Shown here: piece by piece, positions 37,474 through 46,564 of the stretch
Numbering within the stretch: position 1 is the first letter of the stretch
How the letters are laid out: the number at the start of each line of letters is the position of its first letter
Source: Bacillota bacterium
GTDB lineage: Bacteria > Bacillota > Clostridia > Oscillospirales > Acutalibacteraceae
Reading direction: 5' to 3'
DNA: 53,467 nt
Assembly: GCA_030705695.1 (NCBI GenBank)
Contig: JAUZPX010000001.1
Coordinates: 1-53,467 of the forward strand
The notes under the pieces: generated by a model
Told to the model about the DNA's origin: nothing
Database searches by the model: none
Seen by the model: the letters and a program-made list of their open reading frames with translations, nothing else
Translations under genes and position numbers: made by a program

Positions 37474-37502
37474 ATTATATGCCCGCATTTTCGGTTTGTC
37501 AA
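37474..37502 (-). promoter_or_regulatory. Consensus sigma-A promoter driving the T-box leader
   Basis: Minus strand: TTGACA, a 17-nt spacer, then TATAAT. The -35 overlaps the spmB stop codon. Confidence 0.65.
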
Positions 37503-38023
37503 CCCCCAAAAAATAATTTTACAGAAAGTACTGCCATAACAGCACTCGCAAAATCAGCTAAAAGTGCCGCTGGGATTGTATGTCGTATTTTTTTCACCCC
37601 TGCAGACCCATAATATACTGCAATAGCATAAAACGTAGTTTCTGAAGAACCCGAAATTACACTCGCCATCATCCCCACAGTACTGTCAGGGCCGTGATCT
37701 TTTAAAATTTGATTCAATAAAGCAGTCGATCCGCTACCTGATATCGGACGCATAATTGCCATTGGCAAAATTTCTGCGGGAAAACCTAAGCTTTGCGCCA
37801 CAGGCATAAGAGAATTTGTTATTAAGTCCAATGCTCCCGATGCTTTCAGCATACTTACTGCTGTGATAAGTCCGATAAGTGCTCCTGCCATCATATAAGT
37901 TGCTTTAAGCCCCTGCTTTGCACCGCTTAAAAAAGCGTCAAAAACAGGGACCTTTTTTATAAACCCAAAAATAATTATAATAAAAATAACGGCAGGAATT
38001 ATGTAATTTCCTATCTTATCCAT
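37499..38023 (-). CDS. spmB: Spore maturation protein B
   Basis: 174-aa polytopic membrane protein overlapping and following spmA. Nucleoside-recognition-domain-like sequence. Confidence 0.8.
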   Translation of the reverse strand: MDKIGNYIIPAVIFIIIIFGFIKKVPVFDAFLSGAKQGLKATYMMAGALIGLITAVSMLKASGALDLITNSLMPVAQSLGFPAEILPMAIMRPISGSGSTALLNQILKDHGPDSTVGMMASVISGSSETTFYAIAVYYGSAGVKKIRHTIPAALLADFASAVMAVLSVKLFFGG

Positions 38024-38600
38024 GTTTCTCCCTACCTTCTAAAAGCTTTGCCGTTAAGATACCAATAAAAAGTCCAAAAATCGAACTAAGCCAAATACAC
38101 GGCAAAATATCTAAAGGAGAAGCAGACCCGTAGCTTTTTCTCAACACAGAAATAAAAGTGGGAATTAGCTGTATTGATGCAGTATTAAGCACTACAAACA
38201 TAACCATGCTGTTGTTTGCTACACCTTTATTAGGATTATTTTCCTCCATTCTTCGCATAGCTTCAAGCCCCAGTGGAGTAGCAGCATTTCCAAGCCCAAG
38301 AAAATTCGCAGTCACATTACTGCATATGGCATGCATTGTTTTGCAATCTTTTGCATATTCAGGGAAGATTCGTTTTAACAATGGTGACAAAATTTTTGCC
38401 AACATACTTGTGACCCCTCCCTGCTCAGCTATGTTCATAAGCCCGGTCCACAAGCACATCATACCTAACATGGTGATAAGCAGGTCAACAGCGGATTTAG
38501 CGCCATCCAGAGCCGCTTGCGACACTGCTTCTACTCTGCCGGTAAACACAGCACACACTATGCTTATAAGCATAATTCCACCCCAGATATAGTTCATCAT
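38016..38600 (-). CDS. spmA: Spore maturation protein A
   Basis: MMNYIWGGIMLISI N-terminus and a Gate/nucleoside-recognition domain, in the spmA-spmB pair arrangement. Confidence 0.8.
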   Translation of the reverse strand: MMNYIWGGIMLISIVCAVFTGRVEAVSQAALDGAKSAVDLLITMLGMMCLWTGLMNIAEQGGVTSMLAKILSPLLKRIFPEYAKDCKTMHAICSNVTANFLGLGNAATPLGLEAMRRMEENNPNKGVANNSMVMFVVLNTASIQLIPTFISVLRKSYGSASPLDILPCIWLSSIFGLFIGILTAKLLEGREKHG

Positions 38601-38750
38601 AATTTATCACCTCAACAATGTAATTTGGTGCTTGCGTTATTTTGCACTTTGATTAATTAGTAATTTACTTGTGTTTTTACATAAATGTTTCAAACAATTT
38701 ATTTCTAAACTGTCGATATAGAAACTTTTATATAACAATATATAGAAGTG

Positions 38751-38779
38751 TTGACAAATCTGGCGCTATTTGGTAAAAT
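38751..38779 (+). promoter_or_regulatory. Sigma-A-type promoter of the AbrB-like gene
   Basis: TTGACA, a 17-nt spacer, then TAAAAT. Confidence 0.6.
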
Positions 38780-38835
38780 ATACATGTTCTTATCAAATGG
38801 TAAATAGGAAATTGAACAAAAAGGAGGTTAAAAAA

Positions 38836-39081
38836 ATGAAACCGTCGGGTTTCCTTGTCACGATCGATAAACTTGGAAGAATTGTAATTCCGGCGCCTTT
38901 GCGCAAGACATATCAGTTAGAAAAATTCGATAATGTCGAATTGTTCAATGATGAAAACGGCATATTAATGCGTAAATATCAACCGTGTTGCATTTTTTGC
39001 GGTAATGCTGAAAATCTTCGTACCTTTAAAGGTAACAACATTTGCGGCGACTGCATCAAGGAAATGTCAGAATCCAAGTAA
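38836..39081 (+). CDS. AbrB/SpoVT-domain transcriptional regulator with a C-terminal zinc-ribbon-like tail
   Basis: The ATG at 38836 has an AAGGAGG SD. It contains a SpoVT-AbrB looped-hinge motif (IDKLGRIVIPAPLRK) followed by CCIFCG...CGDC. Confidence 0.75.
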   Translation: MKPSGFLVTIDKLGRIVIPAPLRKTYQLEKFDNVELFNDENGILMRKYQPCCIFCGNAENLRTFKGNNICGDCIKEMSESK

Positions 39082-39121
39082 TCTGCAATAAAATATATGC
39101 ACAATAGGACAATACATATAC

Positions 39122-39167
39122 AAAACCTCCCGATAATTTGGTCGGGAGGTTTTGTATATTTTTTTTA
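39122..39167 (+). terminator. Intrinsic terminator after the AbrB-like gene
   Basis: AAACCTCCCGA-TAATTTGG-TCGGGAGGTTT followed by a T-run. Confidence 0.75.
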
Positions 39168-39257
39168 ATTTATTTATATTATCTTTGTAATGTCTATTTT
39201 CAACCGTATTGAACGCAAAATGTTTTTTCTCAATATAATGCTGTAGGAGGTGTTTTT

Positions 39258-39467
39258 ATGATTTGCCCAAACACACTTGTAGCCTCAATTACAGGCATTG
39301 CGGTAGCACTCTCTGAAGGTCACAGTTCAGATGATATTGCATTGATGGGAGCTGCTTTTTCACAGCTTGGAGATACACTAACAACAATATCAATTGCCAA
39401 AGAACGTTGTGAAAAAGAAGAAAAAGACAAAATATCAGAAAACTGTTCATCCAAGCACAAAAAATAA
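39258..39467 (+). CDS. Small hypothetical protein (69 aa)
   Basis: AGGAGG SD at good spacing. Hydrophobic/amphipathic N-terminal half (AFSQLGDTLTTISIA) and a charged Cys-containing tail. Confidence 0.5.
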   Translation: MICPNTLVASITGIAVALSEGHSSDDIALMGAAFSQLGDTLTTISIAKERCEKEEKDKISENCSSKHKK

Positions 39468-39505
39468 AAAGTCAGTTATATAATTAATAAAATATAATTA
39501 ATTCT

Positions 39506-40375
39506 TTAGATAACATTAAGAAATAAAGGATCCTTCACCGCCCAGCTGTCATATGTTTTATTCCACATATCATTTGGAATCGGAAATGTCTGAATTCCAT
39601 GTTTCTCGGTATTTTTCATAACTTCATTTAAAAATGCAAAGTTATAATCTTTACCATCCTTCACAGAGCGAAGCAAAAGCGAAAGCCAAATTTTAGAATA
39701 TCCGTCTTTTAATGCCGCTTTACATGCTTTTTGAAGCTCCGAAAAATCATATTGAATTTCACGCATTTCAAATTTCAAACCATCAGCATTGTATCGAATA
39801 ATTATATATTGGGCGGTGGTGTTTCCGCAGTAACTTACACCAACAGAACCTGGATTTAAAATAATTTTTTCGCCGACATATTTAAGCATCGGGCGGTGCG
39901 TGTGTCCGCAAATCAACAATTTTTCCGAAATTGCCCCTGTACATCTCATCATCAAATCCACGTCATGTTCATAAATTGCTTCAGACATGTCAAACGGTGA
40001 GCCATGTACCATGCGAATAGAGAAATCCTCATCAATATCAAGCGAAATTTGCTCCGGCATAGACTGAATGTAACTTAATTCCTTTGGCTTAAGCAGCCTA
40101 AATGCAGCTGCGTGTGATGAAAACTGATCATAAATTTCCCAATCATTTCCAAAAGAGTCTTTAGCGTTTTCAATTAAAAGTTGTTCTCGGTTACCCTTAA
40201 TTACATAAGGAGTAAGTTCTTGTAATGTTTGCAGAATTTCATTAATTTCAGGGAAATCAGTAATATGGTCGCCTGCAACCAATATTTTATCAATATTTTT
40301 ATTTTGTATATCATTTAAAACGGCATTTAATGCAGGTAAATTCCCATGAATATCGGATAAAACTGCAATGTTCAT
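39506..40375 (-). CDS. Calcineurin-like metallophosphoesterase with an extra C-terminal domain
   Basis: MNIAVLSDIHGN, AGDH, GNRE and GHTH motifs. The ATG at 40375 has an SD (AAGGGGA), and the track's 13-aa extension is unlikely. Confidence 0.8.
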   Translation of the reverse strand: MNIAVLSDIHGNLPALNAVLNDIQNKNIDKILVAGDHITDFPEINEILQTLQELTPYVIKGNREQLLIENAKDSFGNDWEIYDQFSSHAAAFRLLKPKELSYIQSMPEQISLDIDEDFSIRMVHGSPFDMSEAIYEHDVDLMMRCTGAISEKLLICGHTHRPMLKYVGEKIILNPGSVGVSYCGNTTAQYIIIRYNADGLKFEMREIQYDFSELQKACKAALKDGYSKIWLSLLLRSVKDGKDYNFAFLNEVMKNTEKHGIQTFPIPNDMWNKTYDSWAVKDPLFLNVI

Positions 40376-40714
40376 TTGCAAATCCCCTTTGTTTATCTTC
40401 ATAAATAATATCACACGTAAAGAAAAACCGCAACGAAATTACATTAAAAAACAATATATGCGACCTTTCAAAACGCGTTAAGCTTGTACACATATATATG
40501 AATAATTTTATAAAAAAATCAATATTTGGAAATATAATAATAACCTTGTTTTTAATTTGTACAAAAACGAAATATTTACTTGTTAAATCTGCACAAATTA
40601 TTCATATGAACTTGAAATTGACTTGAAAAATAAAAACAAAGAGAGTATAATATGGTCACTGAAGTGTGAATAATTAGTAACTTCGGAAAAATCAATTTTT
40701 AGGAGGACATATCA

Positions 40715-41554
40715 ATGGTAAAAAAACTTGTTAGCGTAATGTTAGTTTTAGGACTTCTTTGCGCAATGGGTTGTACTGCAATGCTGACAAGCAACGCTGC
40801 TGCCACAACTGCTACAACCCCAAAACTTTCCGGTCAAACATTTACTTACTATTTTGAAGCTCCGGCTAACTGGACTTCAAAAGGACAAACAATTGCATGT
40901 TATTATTGGGCACCGATTCAAACGTCAAGTACTGGATTTGATAATAAAGTTGGCGCTTGGCCAGGCGATCCAATGACAAAAGTATCAAATGTTCCAGGTC
41001 ATGATGACATTTGGACCTGCACTTTGCCTATAGAAGTTAACGTAATTATCTTTAACAACCTAGGCAATGCTGTTACTGCTCAAAATGCTACTGACCCTAA
41101 ATATACTGATTCAACTTACGATCATCAAACAGTAAACATCAAAAACACAGGAAATGATCCTGATAATGACATCGGTTACTCTGCAGACAAAGATGATGTT
41201 AGCTACAATTCAAATTACCCGAACGGCCTAGCAAATTTTGATAACATGATTTATGTTATACCTACCAGTACTTCTCAATCAACCAATCCTTACAGCGGTG
41301 CTGTCCAGGAAGCAGGCGATTGGAAATATTTTAACCCGACAACAGGTGAAATCAGCTTTGATTCGAGCATTTTGAAAAATGTTCCGACAACAGCCGCTAC
41401 AACAGTTGCTACAATAGCCGCAACTGACAAATCCGCTACAGATAATACACCAGTAAAAACTGGCGATAGCGCAGTTGCTGTTATCGCAACAGTTACTCTC
41501 CTTGTTTTAGTAGCCGGTGCTGTTGTATTTGCTCGCAAGAGAGTTCAAGAATAA
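40715..41554 (+). CDS. Secreted cell-surface protein with a putative carbohydrate-binding module and a C-terminal sorting-signal-like anchor
   Basis: It has a signal peptide and a Trp/Tyr-rich beta domain (YYWAP...GAWPGDPMTKV). The C-terminus has VKTGD, then a hydrophobic helix, then a basic tail (ARKRVQE), resembling a sortase signal. The CBM assignment is tentative. Confidence 0.5.
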   Translation: MVKKLVSVMLVLGLLCAMGCTAMLTSNAAATTATTPKLSGQTFTYYFEAPANWTSKGQTIACYYWAPIQTSSTGFDNKVGAWPGDPMTKVSNVPGHDDIWTCTLPIEVNVIIFNNLGNAVTAQNATDPKYTDSTYDHQTVNIKNTGNDPDNDIGYSADKDDVSYNSNYPNGLANFDNMIYVIPTSTSQSTNPYSGAVQEAGDWKYFNPTTGEISFDSSILKNVPTTAATTVATIAATDKSATDNTPVKTGDSAVAVIATVTLLVLVAGAVVFARKRVQE

Positions 41555-41587
41555 TCTAATTTTAGATTAATTAATACATGAACTACG

Positions 41588-41620
41588 ATTCCCGCTTTCA
41601 ATTGAAAGCGGGAATTTTTT
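41588..41620 (+). terminator. Intrinsic terminator after the surface-protein gene
   Basis: TTCCCGCTTTC-AATT-GAAAGCGGGAA followed by TTTTTT. Confidence 0.8.
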
Positions 41621-41683
41621 AACTAAATATGCAATTAAAAAACAAAAACCCAATACATGTTAAGTATCGGGTTTAAAATTTAT

Positions 41684-41759
41684 TGGAGCGGATGACGAGG
41701 CTCGAACTCGCTACCTCCACCTTGGCAAGGTGGCGCTCTACCAGATGAGCTACATCCGC
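41684..41759 (-). tRNA. tRNA-Gly (anticodon GCC), CCA encoded
   Basis: The minus strand reads GCGGATGTAGCTCATCTGGTAGAGCGCCACCTTGCCAAGGTGGAGGTAGCGAGTTCGAGCCTCGTCATCCGCTCCA. It folds as a cloverleaf with a 7-bp acceptor stem, GCTC/GAGC D stem, CCACC/GGTGG anticodon stem, TTGCCAA loop and a TTCGAGC T-loop. Confidence 0.95.
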
Positions 41760-41771
41760 AAACTGCTTAAT

Positions 41772-41800
41772 ATTATACTTTGAAAAAGTTTAGAAGTCAA
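41772..41800 (-). promoter_or_regulatory. Sigma-A-type promoter of tRNA-Gly
   Basis: Minus strand: TTGACT, a 17-nt spacer, then TATAAT, ending about 12 nt upstream of the tRNA 5' end. Confidence 0.6.
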
Positions 41801-41913
41801 TATTTATATCTGTAAAATTTTTCGGTCAACTATATAGCGAAATTATATTAATTGTGTTATAATCTTAGCGTATTTATTAACTTTAGACACAAGCAAAGCA
41901 GGGGGGCAAAAAC

Positions 41914-42909
41914 ATGGGAATTAAAATAAATTTAGGCGCATGGAACAGTGTTTTTGCTGTTCCCGCACAAGTTGTAGATAATGATTTAAAATTGGCAGGA
42001 ACATTTCAGTTGAAAGTCCTATTGTATTTGTTGCGTCATAGCGGTGAATCCATTTCCGCCGAGGATATCAGCAAATCTCTTTCCATACCTGTCAATGATG
42101 TAAAAGATTCTCTTTTGTTTTGGGTGCAGCGTGAGCTAATAACGATGTCAGAGGACATTCTGCTTCCTGCAGAGACAAAAAAAACAGTAATAACTTTTGA
42201 CAAAGAACAAACTATATCTTCTGCTGAAATTCATTCAGATATAGAACACAAAACAAATAAAATCAGATTGCCCGTGCGACCTCAACGACCGGAACCTGAT
42301 TTCGTTGCAAAGCGTATGAGTGAATCAGAAGAATTAAGCTTTTTAATGCAAGAAGCACAAATAATATTAGGACGTCTAATTTCAAACGGAGAAATCTCAA
42401 CTCTGCTTATGCTTCACGATAACGACGGACTCCCGGTAGATGTTATATTGATGCTTCTTGAATTTTGCAAATCTAAAGGCAAAAAGAACATGGCATATAT
42501 TGAAAAGGTTGGCATTGGCTGGGCAGAAAGCGAAATCTTTACGGTTCAAAAAGCAGAGGAAAAAATCCGAGAAATAAATAAAAATCAAGACACCTCAAAT
42601 AAAGTCAATCGACTCTTTGGAATTTCCACATCGGGTGCTCCTACTAAAAATCAAATTGAATGCGCCAATCGTTGGGTAAATATCTGGGGTTACAGCGATG
42701 ATATGCTTTTAGAGGCATATGAACGCTGTATTGAATCAAAAGGCGAATACAAACTAAGCTATATTGACGGAATCATTAAAAAATGGCAGTCAAAAGGTAT
42801 TTTTACAGTTGAAGATCTAGAGGCTTCCAAGCAAAAAAAGGTTTCAAAACAAGTACAAGAAACCTCATACGATATTGAAGAATACGAATCAAGTAGTATA
42901 TTTGATTAG
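41914..42909 (+). CDS. DnaD-domain replication initiation / helicase-loading protein (B. subtilis DnaB/DnaD-like)
   Basis: N-terminal winged-helix-like region and two DnaB_2/DnaD-type repeats (MAYIEKVGIGWAESEI and SYIDGIIKKWQSKGI). It is followed by a dnaI-like gene. Confidence 0.75.
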   Translation: MGIKINLGAWNSVFAVPAQVVDNDLKLAGTFQLKVLLYLLRHSGESISAEDISKSLSIPVNDVKDSLLFWVQRELITMSEDILLPAETKKTVITFDKEQTISSAEIHSDIEHKTNKIRLPVRPQRPEPDFVAKRMSESEELSFLMQEAQIILGRLISNGEISTLLMLHDNDGLPVDVILMLLEFCKSKGKKNMAYIEKVGIGWAESEIFTVQKAEEKIREINKNQDTSNKVNRLFGISTSGAPTKNQIECANRWVNIWGYSDDMLLEAYERCIESKGEYKLSYIDGIIKKWQSKGIFTVEDLEASKQKKVSKQVQETSYDIEEYESSSIFD

Positions 42910-42941
42910 TTTGCCCGAATTTTGGTGTATAGGAGGCTCTC

Positions 42942-43937
42942 ATGGGATATAGCAAAGAAATTATGGATAAAGCACAGCAAGTACTTGAAAATCGCCGTAA
43001 TCGAGCCGAAAATGAAATTATTAACAGAAAAGAGAAACTTACATTAAAAGCTTCTAGGATTTCAATCATTGAAAATGAACTTAATTCCACTGCAATAAAA
43101 GCAGGTCGTGCTGTCCTTGGCGGCGGAGATGTAAAACAGCAATTGCAGCACTTACAAGAAACTAATACACAGCTTTTGAACGAGCAAGCACAAATATTAA
43201 GCACTTTCGATCTTCCGTCAGATTATTTTGAGCCAAAGTATTTTTGTGAAGTTTGCAGTGATAAAGGTTATGTAGAAAAAAATAATCAAACAGTTATGTG
43301 CTCTTGCCTGCGAGATTTATTGAAGGCTATCGCCTGTGAAGAACTCAATAAGCTATCGCCTCTTTCTCTTTCATCATTTGATACATTTTCTCTTGAATTT
43401 TATTCCAAAACATCAATAAGTGACAACACTGTTTCTTCATACAAACGTATGGAAGACATTTTTCACTTTTGTAAAGACTATGCAGCGAATTTCACGCCAA
43501 ATTCCAAAAGCCTTTTGTTCCAGGGCGCAACTGGTATAGGTAAAACCCATCTGTCACTTGCAATTGCAAGAGCAGTTATTAATAAAGGATACGGCGTTGT
43601 ATATGTTTCGGCTCCCGATATTCTCTCGAAACTTGAAAAAGAACATTTCTCCTATCGAAACGAAGAGCAAAGCGAAGGTATGTTAACTAATTGCGATTTA
43701 CTAATTTTAGATGACCTAGGTACTGAATTTTCTACGCAATTTTCAAGTGCTGCCGTCCATAATATTTTAAACAAGCGGTTGCTTTTGAATAAGCCTACTA
43801 TCATAAGCACAAACCTAACAATACAAGAGATGGAGAAATTTTACTCAGCTCGTTTTGTATCTCGAATAATCGGAAATCACCTGCGTCTGCAATTTCTGGG
43901 TAATGATGTCCGCCAGAAAAAAAGATTAATAAAATAA
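42942..43937 (+). CDS. dnaI: Helicase loader DnaI/DnaC-family AAA+ ATPase
   Basis: N-terminal Cys cluster (CEVCSDKGYV...CSC), Walker A (GATGIGKTHL), and Walker B (LLILDDLG). Confidence 0.85.
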   Translation: MGYSKEIMDKAQQVLENRRNRAENEIINRKEKLTLKASRISIIENELNSTAIKAGRAVLGGGDVKQQLQHLQETNTQLLNEQAQILSTFDLPSDYFEPKYFCEVCSDKGYVEKNNQTVMCSCLRDLLKAIACEELNKLSPLSLSSFDTFSLEFYSKTSISDNTVSSYKRMEDIFHFCKDYAANFTPNSKSLLFQGATGIGKTHLSLAIARAVINKGYGVVYVSAPDILSKLEKEHFSYRNEEQSEGMLTNCDLLILDDLGTEFSTQFSSAAVHNILNKRLLLNKPTIISTNLTIQEMEKFYSARFVSRIIGNHLRLQFLGNDVRQKKRLIK

Positions 43938-43942
43938 ACTAC

Positions 43943-43978
43943 GCCGCCGACAGGTCATAAGACTGTCGGCGGCTTTTT
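43943..43978 (+). terminator. Intrinsic terminator after dnaI
   Basis: GCCGCCGACAG-GTCATAAGA-CTGTCGGCGGC followed by TTTTT. Confidence 0.8.
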
Positions 43979-43991
43979 ACATCCGAGTTTA

Positions 43992-44318
43992 TTACAGACG
44001 CATTTCTTTTCTCATGAAATCCAACGTGCTGTCAAGTTTCATAAGAAGAATAAGCTCCTTCTTAATAATCGTGTTTAACATTTCTTTTATTGATTCATTA
44101 ACTGCAAGTAGCTTTTCAACATCTACAGGGCGTTTTTTAGGTCCGCAATTTTCCTCGATTTCTTCATCGGTTTCCTCTCCAAAATAATGAGCACCCAAAA
44201 CTGCCTCTAGTTTTTCACTTTCAGCTTCAATGATACGTGCCAATGCGAGCTCCTCTGTGCCGATTGATTTTAAAATCAAGGCTAAAGACTCACAAGTGTT
44301 TTTATTGCATTCGTACAT
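43992..44318 (-). CDS. Small acidic hypothetical protein (108 aa)
   Basis: Helical sequence with an EELALARIIEAESEKLEAVLG motif of a kind seen in small Clostridia/Bacilli proteins of unknown function. SD: AGGGTGG. Confidence 0.5.
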   Translation of the reverse strand: MYECNKNTCESLALILKSIGTEELALARIIEAESEKLEAVLGAHYFGEETDEEIEENCGPKKRPVDVEKLLAVNESIKEMLNTIIKKELILLMKLDSTLDFMRKEMRL

Positions 44319-44474
44319 TTTTCTACCACCCTTCTCTTACTTTGTGACGATAGTCACACTTCATTTTATTCAAAAAAATTTGAGTGTGACAGCGATTATT
44401 CTGCATATATCAAAAAATAAATACCATGGTGTAGCCAAACAATCATCTTTTCATATAATGATATAGAGAATTTT

Positions 44475-44633
44475 TATAGTCGATTAACTTGAAAACTGAG
44501 CTTGGATTTGCAAGGCGATTTTTTGATGCGCAAGGCGGAGGAGGATGGAATCCTTTCGGATTCCGACGAGGACAACACAGCGCAGAGAAAAATTGTCCGC
44601 TAAGGCGGACAGTTTTTAGGTTAATTGGCTATA
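44475..44633 (+). mobile_element. MITE-like repeat, copy A (about 159 nt with ~21-30-nt terminal inverted repeats)
   Basis: Left end TATAGTCGATTAACTTGAAAA; right end reverse complement TATAGCCAATTAACCTAAAAA. It has an internal GGAATCC-TTTC-GGATTCC hairpin and is about 90% identical to copy B at 49267-49426. Confidence 0.75.
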
Positions 44634-44665
44634 AACCTCAATATCATGATAAAGAAGGAGTTACT

Positions 44666-45781
44666 ATGGCAAGAATAATTATTGACCCCGGTCATACAGG
44701 CGGATATAATGTAGGAGTTTGCCCCGGATATTTCGAAGGCAACACAATGATGAAGCTTGCGCTCCATTTGCGTGACGCTCTGAAAGCTCGAGGAGCTGAT
44801 GTTACCCTTACACGAACTAACGATACTCAGAATCCTACGCTTTCTCAGCGCGGACAAATGGCTTCCGATGCTGATTTGTTTATTTCCCTTCACTCTGACG
44901 ATTCTGATAACCCAAACATTCGCGGAGTTACCTCATATATTTCAGTAAAGCAACCTGAAACTCGTCCGTTTGCAACAGAAATCGGAGAAGCAGTTGCAAA
45001 AGTTATGGGCAACCAATTTAGAGGTACTATCGCACGTCCTTCAACGACAACACCAAATACCGATTATCTTGGCGTTTTACGTTCTGCCGTTGCTGCAGGT
45101 GCTAAAAATGCTTTTTTGATTGAACACGGATTCCACTCAAATATGCAGGACTGCTTGTTCTTATCAAAAGACGAAAACTTAGAAAAAATTGCAAACGCAG
45201 AAGCTGACGTGATTGCAAATCATTTCAAGCTTTCGGGCAATTCAAAAACAACTGCAAAAACTGTTATGCAAGCTACTGATGATTCCGATGATATTGCAGT
45301 AATTGCACCAACTGTTTCTGAGGCTGTATCTGAACCTGTTGATGAAACTATAAATGAGCAGGTTTCTTCTGAAACAGAGCCCGATATTACTACTACCGAA
45401 ATGCCGACAGAGGATCCCGAGCCTGTCGTCCCGGCTGTTGAACGAAACAATGTCGCTTCATCGGATAAGGATGACCAATCCGACTTAATTAACTTCATGA
45501 GATCTTCAAGACCTTCTAAACCGGAACGTCCAACAAAACCTCTTCCACCATCTCATCAACCTCCAAGACCAATTCCTCCTATAATTGTCGCACCAAATCC
45601 CTCATGTCCCGCTTGCCCTGCCTGCCGCTTCTATTACACGGTTCAACCAAGTGATTCTTTATATAACATAGGGCATAAGTTCGGGGTACCATGGCAAGAT
45701 ATAGCCAGAGCAAACGGTATTATTTCACCATTTTCTTTAACAACAGGTTCAAAAATCATCATACCTCTTCCTACAGAATAA
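44666..45781 (+). CDS. N-acetylmuramoyl-L-alanine amidase (Amidase_3) with an acidic/Pro-rich linker and a C-terminal LysM
   Basis: The ATG at 44666 has an AAGGAG SD. It contains IIIDPGHTGG, LFISLHSD and EHGFHSN motifs and a C-terminal LysM (YYTVQPSDSLYNIGHKFGVPWQDIARANGI). The track ORF start at 44489 is read-through of the repeat element. Confidence 0.85.
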   Translation: MARIIIDPGHTGGYNVGVCPGYFEGNTMMKLALHLRDALKARGADVTLTRTNDTQNPTLSQRGQMASDADLFISLHSDDSDNPNIRGVTSYISVKQPETRPFATEIGEAVAKVMGNQFRGTIARPSTTTPNTDYLGVLRSAVAAGAKNAFLIEHGFHSNMQDCLFLSKDENLEKIANAEADVIANHFKLSGNSKTTAKTVMQATDDSDDIAVIAPTVSEAVSEPVDETINEQVSSETEPDITTTEMPTEDPEPVVPAVERNNVASSDKDDQSDLINFMRSSRPSKPERPTKPLPPSHQPPRPIPPIIVAPNPSCPACPACRFYYTVQPSDSLYNIGHKFGVPWQDIARANGIISPFSLTTGSKIIIPLPTE

Positions 45782-45793
45782 ATTTTAATTATA

Positions 45794-45838
45794 AAAAACC
45801 GAGGCGATAAAATGTCGCCTCGGTTTGCTTTATTTTTC
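45794..45838. terminator. Bidirectional terminator between the amidase gene and rpe
   Basis: AAAAACCGAGGCGA-TAAAAT-GTCGCCTCGGTTT with flanking A- and T-runs. Confidence 0.75.
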
Positions 45839-45841
45839 GAT

Positions 45842-46501
45842 TTATGAATTTTTCAGTGCAATTGCTTTTAGCTCCATAATTGCAGCAGTCGCATTTTCAG
45901 CTTTAAATACCCCAGTACCTGAAACAAAAACATCTGCACCTGCTTCAGCCGCGTCACCTATGGTTTTCGCATTGATACCACCATCTACCTGTACAAGAAT
46001 TTCCAGCCCCCGACGTTTGGCTTCTTCTTTGATTTCGTTAATCTTCGGAAGCATATCTTCCATAAATGATTGACCACCAAAACCGGGTTCAACCGTCATA
46101 ACAAGAACCATATAAATATCTTCAAGGTAAGGAAACACCGCACTTGCCGGAGTTTTCGGCTTAATCACAAGCCCCGGCTTACAATTTCTTGATTTAATCT
46201 TTTCAATCGTCTTTTTAATATCCGACTTGGCTTCAACATGAAAGGTAATAATATCCGCACCGGCATCGCAAAAATCATCAATATATTTTAACGGATGTTC
46301 AATCATCAAATGTACATCAAACGGTAAATCCGAGATTGCACGCACACTTTTAATAATCGGCGCCCCAAATGTAATGTTAGGTACAAAATGACCATCCATA
46401 ATATCCATATGAAGCCAATCCGCTTTTGCTTCTGTCATTCTCTTAGCTTCCTGCCCCATTTTTGAAAAATCACAAGAAAGCATTGACGGCGCAATTTTCA
46501 T
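45842..46501 (-). CDS. rpe: Ribulose-phosphate 3-epimerase
   Basis: IAPSMLSCDF...LHMDIMDGHFVPNITFG and VMTVEPGFGGQ motifs. Confidence 0.95.
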   Translation of the reverse strand: MKIAPSMLSCDFSKMGQEAKRMTEAKADWLHMDIMDGHFVPNITFGAPIIKSVRAISDLPFDVHLMIEHPLKYIDDFCDAGADIITFHVEAKSDIKKTIEKIKSRNCKPGLVIKPKTPASAVFPYLEDIYMVLVMTVEPGFGGQSFMEDMLPKINEIKEEAKRRGLEILVQVDGGINAKTIGDAAEAGADVFVSGTGVFKAENATAAIMELKAIALKNS

Positions 46502-46564
46502 GAAAAATCTCCTAGTCTGAATTTTTCTAAATTCTTAATTAATATTTATTAGTTTTGAGGCTTT

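Noticed and set aside
44489-44665. N-terminal 59-codon extension of the amidase ORF in the six-frame track (MKTELGFARRFFDAQGGGGWNPFGF...)
   Set aside because: This stretch is the MITE-like repeat read through in frame from a TTG. A strong SD (AAGGAG) precedes the ATG at 44666, where the Amidase_3 domain starts (MARIIIDPGH).
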